From a virus: 5,241 bases of DNA. Location of the stretch: the IMG/VR virus record IMGVR_UViG_3300045988_033595, positions 1 through 5,241 of that record, one strand, 5' to 3'. The notes beneath the pieces are model-generated. The model saw only the letters and a list, made by a program, of their open reading frames with translations. It searched no databases and was not told where the DNA came from. Positions 1 through 4,960 of the stretch are shown here, piece by piece; the stretch's first letter is position 1, and each line of letters opens with the position of its first letter. Made by a program: the position numbers and the translations under genes.

Positions 1-55
1 ACGGAACAGCCAACACATCACACACGCCGGAATCAGTATCAAACGAAGCCAACCG
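1..55. repeat. Terminal direct repeat, copy A. 55 nt identical to 5187..5241. Overlap from assembling a circular genome of 5186 nt.
   Basis: Base-by-base comparison: acggaacagccaacacatcacacacgccggaatcagtatcaaacgaagccaaccg occurs at both window ends. An ORF reads cleanly through the implied junction. Confidence 0.95.
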
Positions 56-211
56 ACAAAGTGTAAAGTCGTTCGGATGAGAATTAAGAAGGGAATCAGA
101 CCGATTAACAGCATGCTCGAAGTTACGAAGAGCAGAAAGGTCATTCTGGTCAACAGTCGGAGTCATAAAACCAGTCTTAGCGTCCTTAATAGAATACAAT
201 CCATAAGTCAT
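1..211 (-). CDS. VP5-like small non-structural protein, N-terminal 70 codons. The ORF leaves the left edge of the window and continues at 5186 across the circular junction. Full length is 84 aa.
   Basis: Hand translation from ATG (211..209): MTYGLYSIKDAKTGFMTPTVDQNDLSALRNFEHAVNRSDSLLNSHPNDFTLCRLASFDTDSGVCDVLAVP, then FVVADASEVLRNER and a stop after the junction. GGAGG at 221..225 lies 9 nt upstream. The ATG overlaps the upstream stop as ATGA. The N-terminal pattern (hydrophobic-S-I-K-D-x-K-x-x-F...P) and the position after VP4/J match my memory of gokushovirus VP5/ORF5 proteins. The family assignment comes from memory only. Confidence 0.7.
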   Translation of the reverse strand, partial: MTYGLYSIKDAKTGFMTPTVDQNDLSALRNFEHAVNRSDSLLNSHPNDFTLCRLASFDTDSGVCDVLAVP

Positions 212-321
212 AATCTAATACCTCCACGAAAAATTTTAGGGTCAATGTTGATCTTCTTGCTGTGGGCAGCAGTGCGACGGAAAATTTTGTTGTCCAGCTT
301 CGGTTTAGTTTTCTTGCGCAT
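208..321 (-). CDS. Small basic DNA-binding/packaging protein (phiX174 J-like / gokushovirus VP8-like), 37 aa.
   Basis: Hand translation: MRKKTKPKLDNKIFRRTAAHSKKINIDPKIFRGGIRL, then TGA. 13 of 37 residues are K/R. The C-terminal RGGIRL is the ending I recall for Microviridae J-like proteins. The ATG at 321 lies 2 nt after the VP4 stop, with AAGGAAG upstream. Too short for the supplied ORF track. Confidence 0.75.
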   Translation of the reverse strand: MRKKTKPKLDNKIFRRTAAHSKKINIDPKIFRGGIRL

Positions 322-323
322 TT

Positions 324-1289
324 TTACAACTTCCTTTCGAGTGATTTTATGCGAGCCGTCAAAGCGGCCTCTTCAACCGCAAGACGGTCAGGCTCAATAA
401 GGGATGTTTGCAGGGACTTATTATGAGCATCAACCAGCGCGGCGTGCTGGCGTTTAGCCTTAATCTTAGACATCTGCTCGGGATTATCAAAATCAAAAAG
501 CCGGTCATAATACCGGGGAGGACGAAATTTCAACTGACCCTTATCGGTCGGAAGATTGATAAACTCATACTGATACAAATCGGGATGGTCAGCGTAATAC
601 TGATAAGCAATGCCGGGCTTACGAGACATCCGCACAAACTCAGGTTCAATATTAAACCGGTCATACACCTCAGCACCTTCACCAAGGGCTTTCTTCATAA
701 TATAACGAGCAGTGTAGGCGCAAGTTTCCCACGTTACGGCGCCGACCACAACATAGCCGAGACCCCAACACTTAGTAAGAGAATCACTAATGAAATAATC
801 ATAGTTTTGGGGGCTACGTTTGTAGGGTCGCAGATCGTCGAGAGTGAGTCCAAAAATAATTGCGTGATAATGAGGGCGATAAGTAGTAGACCCATACTCG
901 CCACAGGCAAAGAAGCGTAGACGCTCATAAGAATGTTCCTTTCTTAACCGTTTCATAAAAAGTTGAAAATCACGAGAACGAAGCGTTAAACCACTACGAG
1001 CCTCACCATCATCATTCTCCGAATAATACGTTACAGGCACATGCTCATCATCATAGGTCAGCGTAACGAAATAACTTGACTCATGGTACTGCAATTCAAG
1101 CATACATCGGTTCGCCCATTGGCGAGAGCGCTCAAGACGGCAACCAACACATCGACCGCAGGGAATCTTTAAGCGAGCGTTAGGCGGGTAAGATTCCCAC
1201 TCAGCAAGACCAGCAACGAATTTGATATCACGCTTACCGTTGGAATTCAATCCAGTGCTGACAGCCAACATGGGATGAAAGCAAGACAC
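324..1289 (-). CDS. VP4: Replication initiation protein VP4 (phiX174 A-like HUH rolling-circle endonuclease), 321 aa.
   Basis: The ORF-track protein has the typical N-terminus M-x-C-x-H-P and a Cys cluster (CGRCVGC). Motif I is FVTLTYDD. The HUH motif is HYHAIIF. The paired catalytic tyrosines are Y-T-A-R-Y (YxxxY followed by IMKK), as in phiX174 A. GTG start at 1289 with GAGGTG (1298..1303) 8 nt upstream. An internal ATG at 1271 is an alternative start but would remove the conserved N-terminus. Confidence 0.93.
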   Translation of the reverse strand: MSCFHPMLAVSTGLNSNGKRDIKFVAGLAEWESYPPNARLKIPCGRCVGCRLERSRQWANRCMLELQYHESSYFVTLTYDDEHVPVTYYSENDDGEARSGLTLRSRDFQLFMKRLRKEHSYERLRFFACGEYGSTTYRPHYHAIIFGLTLDDLRPYKRSPQNYDYFISDSLTKCWGLGYVVVGAVTWETCAYTARYIMKKALGEGAEVYDRFNIEPEFVRMSRKPGIAYQYYADHPDLYQYEFINLPTDKGQLKFRPPRYYDRLFDFDNPEQMSKIKAKRQHAALVDAHNKSLQTSLIEPDRLAVEEAALTARIKSLERKL

Positions 1290-1358
1290 AAAGCAAACAC
1301 CTCACTAAGGGGATGCGATATCCTCTTAATTTTTAAGTACTTTTATAACTTTATTTAT

Positions 1359-1386
1359 ATTATAGACTATTTTTATTTTATGTCAA
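1359..1386 (-). promoter_or_regulatory. Consensus sigma70-type promoter directed toward VP4.
   Basis: The minus strand reads TTGACA (1386..1381), a 16-nt spacer, then TATAAT (1364..1359). It sits in a very AT-rich tract about 70 nt upstream of the VP4 start. Both hexamers match consensus perfectly. Confidence 0.6.
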
Positions 1387-1390
1387 TATA

Positions 1391-1419
1391 AATTTAGCGT
1401 ATATTCGTATATTTATCAA
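1391..1419 (-). promoter_or_regulatory. Possible second, weaker promoter immediately upstream of the consensus promoter.
   Basis: The minus strand reads TTGATA (1419..1414), a 17-nt spacer, then TAAATT (1396..1391). The spacer contains the tandem octamer cgtatatt x2 (plus strand 1398..1413). In AT-rich DNA such matches arise easily by chance. Confidence 0.3.
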
Positions 1420-1473
1420 ATAATTTAGGTAGCTATTTGAGAATATAGACGAAAGTTTGCGTGTCTTGGTGTC

Positions 1474-1512
1474 ACTCGTGCCCATTACATCAAGAGAGTA
1501 ATGGGCACGAGT
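1474..1512. repeat. Perfect 15-bp inverted repeat (stem-loop) with a 9-nt loop in the non-coding region.
   Basis: actcgtgcccattac (1474..1488) is the exact reverse complement of gtaatgggcacgagt (1498..1512). The loop is atcaagaga on the plus strand and TCTCTTGAT on the coding strand. No T-run follows on either strand, so it does not look like a terminator. Confidence 0.9.
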
Positions 1513-1568
1513 TCGGCATGCGATACGACAGCCGAGATTTTATGCAGAAAAAAAATGCATACATACCA

Positions 1569-1621
1569 TTTTAGCAAGTTGCACAAAAAAATAATACATA
1601 TTTTTTAGCAAGTTGCACAAA
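1569..1621. repeat. Two perfect 19-nt direct repeats (1569..1587 and 1603..1621), spaced 34 nt start to start.
   Basis: ttttagcaagttgcacaaa occurs twice. On the coding strand each copy reads TTTGTGCAACTTGCTAAAA. Each copy contains the small palindrome GCAA-n-TTGC. Both are followed on the coding strand by AT-rich sequence. Confidence 0.9.
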
Positions 1622-1655
1622 GATTTACACGAGCCTGAAACAGCGCCGCCACGAC

Positions 1656-1698
1656 AAAACAGGAAAAAGCGAGCCGGGCGCAGGGGCGCGACTCGCTT
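1656..1698 (-). terminator. Putative rho-independent terminator ending the VP2 / small-ORF transcription unit.
   Basis: The basal stem aagcgag (1667..1673) pairs with ctcgctt (1692..1698). It encloses a GC-rich imperfect upper stem (ccgggcgcaggggcgcga). On the minus strand the hairpin is followed by TTTTTCCTGTTTT. It lies 30 nt downstream of the stop at 1728. Confidence 0.55.
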
Positions 1699-1727
1699 CG
1701 CTTCCTTTATAAAAAATAATTGTTTTC

Positions 1728-1841
1728 TTAATGTCTATTAAGCCATCGAATAACAGCGATCACAAGGGCAAGAATGGGAATGCCGGGTACAAGCAAGACA
1801 ACCAGCAAAAGGAGGACAAAAATCAAACCATCATCTACCAC
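1728..1841 (-). CDS. Hypothetical 37-aa single-pass membrane peptide. An alternative ATG start at 1865 would give 45 aa.
   Basis: Hand translation from GTG (1841..1839): (M)VDDGLIFVLLLLVVLLVPGIPILALVIAVIRWLNRH, then TAA. AAAGGAGGT (1849..1857) lies 7 nt upstream of the GTG. 103 of the 114 nt lie beyond the VP2 stop, so this is free-standing coding capacity rather than only an alternate frame of VP2. It lies upstream of the terminator at 1656..1698. The N-terminus is acidic, the core is about 27 hydrophobic residues with a central P-G-I-P, and the C-terminus is basic. Confidence 0.45.
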   Translation of the reverse strand: MVDDGLIFVLLLLVVLLVPGIPILALVIAVIRWLNRH

Positions 1842-2748
1842 TACCAAAACCTCCTTTTCGACCATCAGAACCAAAACCGCCAGAACGACGAGATCGGCCA
1901 GAACGATTAGAAGACGAAAGACCGAGCTTCTGAGCAACCCAACCGGCAACACCGGTGAATTGATTATTACCATACTGATTCCGCAAATCATAATCCGTAT
2001 CAGTACCATAACGCGAAGCAGAGGACGAAGCATCAGCGCCATACTTAGATGCGGCGCGAGCCTGATCGGAAGCATAACGGGAAGCACTAGCAGCTTGAGA
2101 CGAACCAAAGATAGAAGCAGCAGCAGAACGGTCAGAACCATAACGCGAAGCCTCATAGCTACGATCAGAATGATAGCGAGAAGCAGAAGCAGACGTATCA
2201 GCACCATAACGAGAAGCGGCGGCAGAGGTATCAGCACCATAGCGCGAAGCCTCTGCAGAAATCTCAGAAACAATGCGCTCCATAGCAGTATACTTATCAG
2301 CAACAGCTTCCTGTGTCTTAGCGTTGATATTAGCGGCCTCTATTTGAGTCTGAGCGGATAGAATAGAACCAAGCAAATTAGCAATAGCGCCGTTGGCGGA
2401 AGTATCTGTATCACCTTTAGCACCTTGCGAAGTCACACCTTGAGCAGTAGCGCCGGAGCCGACAGAAGCACCATTTCCATTCATGGCAGATAACACAGGA
2501 TTAAGACCAGCAGCCATAAGGTCACGCACTTCACGCTGATGAGCCGTATTGGAAAGCATCTCCTGCCAATTACGATTTTTAGCAGCTTCATTTTGATTGA
2601 AAGCCATAGCCTTAGCATTCTGCTGTTCCTGCCATTCGCGCTGTATTTGAGCCTGTCCGGCAGACCAAGCATTATTAGCCTGAGCAACACCCTGCATATG
2701 AGCGATCTGATTCGAACCAGTATTCAAAGCCTCAGAAAAATCAGACAT
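1831..2748 (-). CDS. VP2: Minor capsid / DNA pilot protein VP2 (functional analogue of phiX174 H), 305 aa.
   Basis: The position directly after VP1 is canonical. The Q/N/A-rich N-terminal half contains the AAGLNP motif I associate with gokushovirus VP2. The tail is Gly/Arg-rich. ATG at 2748 with AAGGAG (2755..2760) 6 nt upstream. Confidence 0.85.
   Translation of the reverse strand: MSDFSEALNTGSNQIAHMQGVAQANNAWSAGQAQIQREWQEQQNAKAMAFNQNEAAKNRNWQEMLSNTAHQREVRDLMAAGLNPVLSAMNGNGASVGSGATAQGVTSQGAKGDTDTSANGAIANLLGSILSAQTQIEAANINAKTQEAVADKYTAMERIVSEISAEASRYGADTSAAASRYGADTSASASRYHSDRSYEASRYGSDRSAAASIFGSSQAASASRYASDQARAASKYGADASSSASRYGTDTDYDLRNQYGNNQFTGVAGWVAQKLGLSSSNRSGRSRRSGGFGSDGRKGGFGSGR
1990..2253 (-). 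repeat. Eight in-frame tandem copies of a 33-nt (11-aa) repeat inside VP2, covering aa 166-253.
   Basis: The units are EASRYGADTSA, AASRYGADTSA, SASRYHSDRSY, EASRYGSDRSA, AASIFGSSQAA, SASRYASDQAR, AASKYGADASS and SASRYGTDTDY. The first two units are also near-identical at the nucleotide level. Confidence 0.9.
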
Positions 2749-2762
2749 ATAAATCTCCTTTC

Positions 2763-2790
2763 AAAAAAAGTGGGGGCAACAGCCCCCACT
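2763..2790 (-). terminator. Rho-independent terminator (probably leaky) between VP1 and VP2.
   Basis: A perfect 9-bp stem, agtgggggc (2769..2777) with gcccccact (2782..2790), has a 4-nt loop. On the minus strand it reads AGTGGGGGC-TGTT-GCCCCCACT followed by TTTTTTT. The VP2 Shine-Dalgarno site and ATG follow directly. It lies 13 nt after the VP1 stop. Confidence 0.7.
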
Positions 2791-2802
2791 ATAACATGAT
2801 AT

Positions 2803-4479
2803 TTAGTGATGGTCAATAAGGCCGGGAATAGAATACATCGGCATCGGGCGCGTGGCGCGATTGGAAACATAGATATCCGCGAAAAGCTGGTCAGAAACAG
2901 AAGACTTAACTGCAAGAACACGGTCAACGGTATTCTTATCCTCACGAATCCAACTATCAGACAGTGACGGAAGACTCGCGTAGTCATCCGCCAAATGCCA
3001 GACATCAAGAGATTGTTCATAGGCCGAACGCATCTCACCAGTCACGCGATTAGGCTTATAACGATAGTCAGACCATGCTTCCTGATAGCCGAAAACCTCG
3101 TTGTCCTTTGCGGTACCCTGCGCAAAGATTTCCTTATTAAGCACAGCCTGCTCGCCAATATTGGCGAAGACCGGCCAATAGTAATCAAAGCGCGTCTTGC
3201 GCGACCAATGACGCTCAATGCCCTGCTGGTAGGTATGATCATAGCGAGCAACCATGACACCAATGATATAGCCGTGCTCGGTAAACGACTTCATGAAATC
3301 GTGGTTGGAATCCGTAGTCTGAGACATACCGACGACAGTACCTTGCGGAGTATCGGCACCGGCGCCAGTGCCGGACTGCTGGATGACCTGATTTACATTA
3401 ATCGGCACACGGTTACCACCAAGATATTCGGGACGCTGCAAACGGGCATCCGGAGACGTAACACCGAAATGAGACTTGAGAAGCTCAATATAACGAGTAC
3501 CGCCGCGGGCATCGCGCTCATAGAGCTTTTGAATCTGGAACGCCATACGGAGCTGATTGATAGTAGCAATAATAGCATTGCCGGAATTCACAGCCCAAAG
3601 ATTATTCGGAACAGCATTAAAACCACCCTTCCAAGTATCGACATCATAAATCTTCATATTGTTACCGACAACACCGAGGTCACCATCTCCAATGTCATTC
3701 CACTTACCATTACCATCGATCATAACAGATAACGGCTGCTTACTGTTATTAGCACCAGGCCAAGAAGTATATGGAACCACAGACGACTTAGCAACGACAG
3801 GAAGATCACCCTGAGAAGCAACCGAAAGAGTAACATCCGGACCTTTCTGCGGGCTGGGAAGACAGCTTGTAAAATAATCGTGATACTTAGCGGCGATGTA
3901 AGGCAAACCGCCTTTCGCACAATCGGTCACAAAATTACCGGTATTCACACCGACAACAGTAGCATCATCAACCGGAACAACGAGCGGGTCTTGCAAGTTC
4001 TGATCGCGGAACCACTCATTCATAATGAGCGCATAAGCTCTAAAAGGAAGAGCGGACACACTCAGACCACCGACACCTGTAGGCAAGCCGAAATAATCGG
4101 CAAGAGTACCAACAGACCAACCAGCGGAAGGCGACGTAATCTGAGGTACAGAATACTCCGTCGTGGGTATCCACGCGCTTTCAGTGTTTTCACCGTTAAA
4201 CTCCTTCCAGTGATTCCAAACCAAGCGGTTCGGCACAAAGAAATAATACGAATCAAGGTAGACATTGTCCATCATCGGCGTAAGAAGGGTCTGCATACGC
4301 ACAACTTTGGAAGTACGTACATTGAACGTATCGCCGGGGAGCACCTCTTCGAGGAAAAAAGGGACAATATCACCGACATTAAACGAGGTCTTGACAGAGG
4401 CCGAACGATCAAAAGTCGAACGGCTCATATCAATGCGGGTGGGATTCAACGCAAAATGCGATTCTACATTACGATTCAT
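2803..4479 (-). CDS. VP1: Major capsid protein VP1 (Microviridae F-protein family), 558 aa.
   Basis: The N-terminus is the hallmark of Microviridae major capsid proteins: HFALNPTRIDMSRSTFDRSASVKTSFNVGDIVPFFLEEVLPGDTF. Further downstream are INQLRMAFQIQKLYERDARGGTRYIELL and a conserved C-terminal region. ATG at 4479 with AAGGAG (4487..4492) 7 nt upstream. Confidence 0.97.
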   Translation of the reverse strand: MNRNVESHFALNPTRIDMSRSTFDRSASVKTSFNVGDIVPFFLEEVLPGDTFNVRTSKVVRMQTLLTPMMDNVYLDSYYFFVPNRLVWNHWKEFNGENTESAWIPTTEYSVPQITSPSAGWSVGTLADYFGLPTGVGGLSVSALPFRAYALIMNEWFRDQNLQDPLVVPVDDATVVGVNTGNFVTDCAKGGLPYIAAKYHDYFTSCLPSPQKGPDVTLSVASQGDLPVVAKSSVVPYTSWPGANNSKQPLSVMIDGNGKWNDIGDGDLGVVGNNMKIYDVDTWKGGFNAVPNNLWAVNSGNAIIATINQLRMAFQIQKLYERDARGGTRYIELLKSHFGVTSPDARLQRPEYLGGNRVPINVNQVIQQSGTGAGADTPQGTVVGMSQTTDSNHDFMKSFTEHGYIIGVMVARYDHTYQQGIERHWSRKTRFDYYWPVFANIGEQAVLNKEIFAQGTAKDNEVFGYQEAWSDYRYKPNRVTGEMRSAYEQSLDVWHLADDYASLPSLSDSWIREDKNTVDRVLAVKSSVSDQLFADIYVSNRATRPMPMYSIPGLIDHH

Positions 4480-4960
4480 TCTTAATCTCCTTTACAGCAT
4501 CGGGAACAACCGGCGCGGGTGGGGTCTCGGGCTCTACCGGCGCAGAAGTCTCAAAGCCCATCTTAGAAAGCCAATCCTCAGTACCAGACTGAGCAAGAAA
4601 CTGTTCAAACGAACAATCAAACTTCTGCCGGGTCTCGAGCGGGAGAGCCTTAAACATCTCTTCGGCCTGATTGATACGGTTAAGGGCATCGGCCATATTC
4701 TTCGGAAAATCGGTCACGTCTGCATAAAAGCCCTGAGCCTTATTAAGGGCTTCCACGTCGCCGTTGGTAAAGCGGGCAAGGATAACGTTAAGATCAACCG
4801 AGTCGCGAAAAGACTGGATATAGTCATATAGATTCTCTTCACCTTTCTTCTCAAGCACAACACGGCCGTTAGCGTCATACTTACCGCCGTAAAGCACCTT
4901 GACGGGCGAGCCGGGATTAGCAGAGATGCGATTATGCGGGGAATACTGGGTATCAAACAT
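4469..4960 (-). CDS. VP3: Internal scaffolding protein VP3 (gokushovirus/Chlamydia-phage type), 163 aa from the ATG at 4960.
   Basis: It lies directly upstream of VP1 and overlaps it by 11 nt. The sequence (GFYADVTDFPKNMADALNRINQAEEMFKALPLETRQKF...FEQFL) matches the conserved core I recall for gokushovirus VP3. GGAGGG at 4972..4977. The start is ambiguous: ATG 4960, GTG 4963 or TTG 4966 are all in frame and 6-12 nt from the Shine-Dalgarno site. The track start at 4972 overlaps the Shine-Dalgarno site itself and is unlikely. Confidence 0.85.
   Translation of the reverse strand: MFDTQYSPHNRISANPGSPVKVLYGGKYDANGRVVLEKKGEENLYDYIQSFRDSVDLNVILARFTNGDVEALNKAQGFYADVTDFPKNMADALNRINQAEEMFKALPLETRQKFDCSFEQFLAQSGTEDWLSKMGFETSAPVEPETPPAPVVPDAVKEIKNES

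Noticed and set aside
1345-1392. A dif-like XerC/XerD site (some gokushoviruses are reported to integrate at dif). ttatgtcaata resembles the XerD arm TTATGTTAAAT.
   Set aside because: Only about 8 of 11 positions match in one arm. There is no credible XerC arm at the correct 6-nt spacing, the DNA is extremely AT-rich, and the segment is already explained by the consensus promoter. This should be rechecked with a proper dif profile.
1541-1561. Small palindrome tatgca-N9-tgcata with an A8 loop.
   Set aside because: The stem is only 6 bp and AT-rich, with a homopolymer loop. It is marginally stable and its geometry fits neither a terminator nor an operator.
1501-1611. Short ORFs inside the non-coding region: a 36-aa plus-strand ORF from the ATG at 1501 and a 24-aa minus-strand ORF beginning ATGTATGCA.
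   Set aside because: Neither has a Shine-Dalgarno site. Both run through the hairpin and repeat elements, and both are compositionally unremarkable.
1728-2303. The full 191-aa hydrophobic minus-strand ORF overlapping VP2.
   Set aside because: Most of it is the +1 frame of the repetitive VP2 sequence (L/V/R-rich shadow frame) with no Shine-Dalgarno site at its 5' end. Only the 3' tail beyond the VP2 stop, which has its own strong Shine-Dalgarno site, is retained as a candidate gene.
1774-2361. Plus-strand 195-aa ORF rich in R/S/T.
   Set aside because: It is the antisense image of the VP2 tandem repeat. The repeat periodicity keeps a shadow frame open, and there are no translation signals.
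77-4831. Long plus-strand ORFs from the track: 77..400, 408..920, 2995..3732, 3880..4485 and 4265..4831.
   Set aside because: All are antisense to minus-strand genes that carry strong family motifs and Shine-Dalgarno sites. Their translations are low-complexity (R/I/L/T-rich) with no recognisable motifs and no convincing ribosome-binding sites. Microviridae encode all genes on one strand.
2481-4956. Other minus-strand alternate-frame ORFs from the track: 2481..2690, 2724..3038, 3042..3263, 3393..3578, 3720..3920, 4062..4265 and 4714..4956.
   Set aside because: I found no ribosome-binding sites or recognisable motifs. 2724..3038 would have to read through the VP1/VP2 terminator hairpin. Overprinting cannot be excluded without comparative data, but nothing in the sequence supports it.
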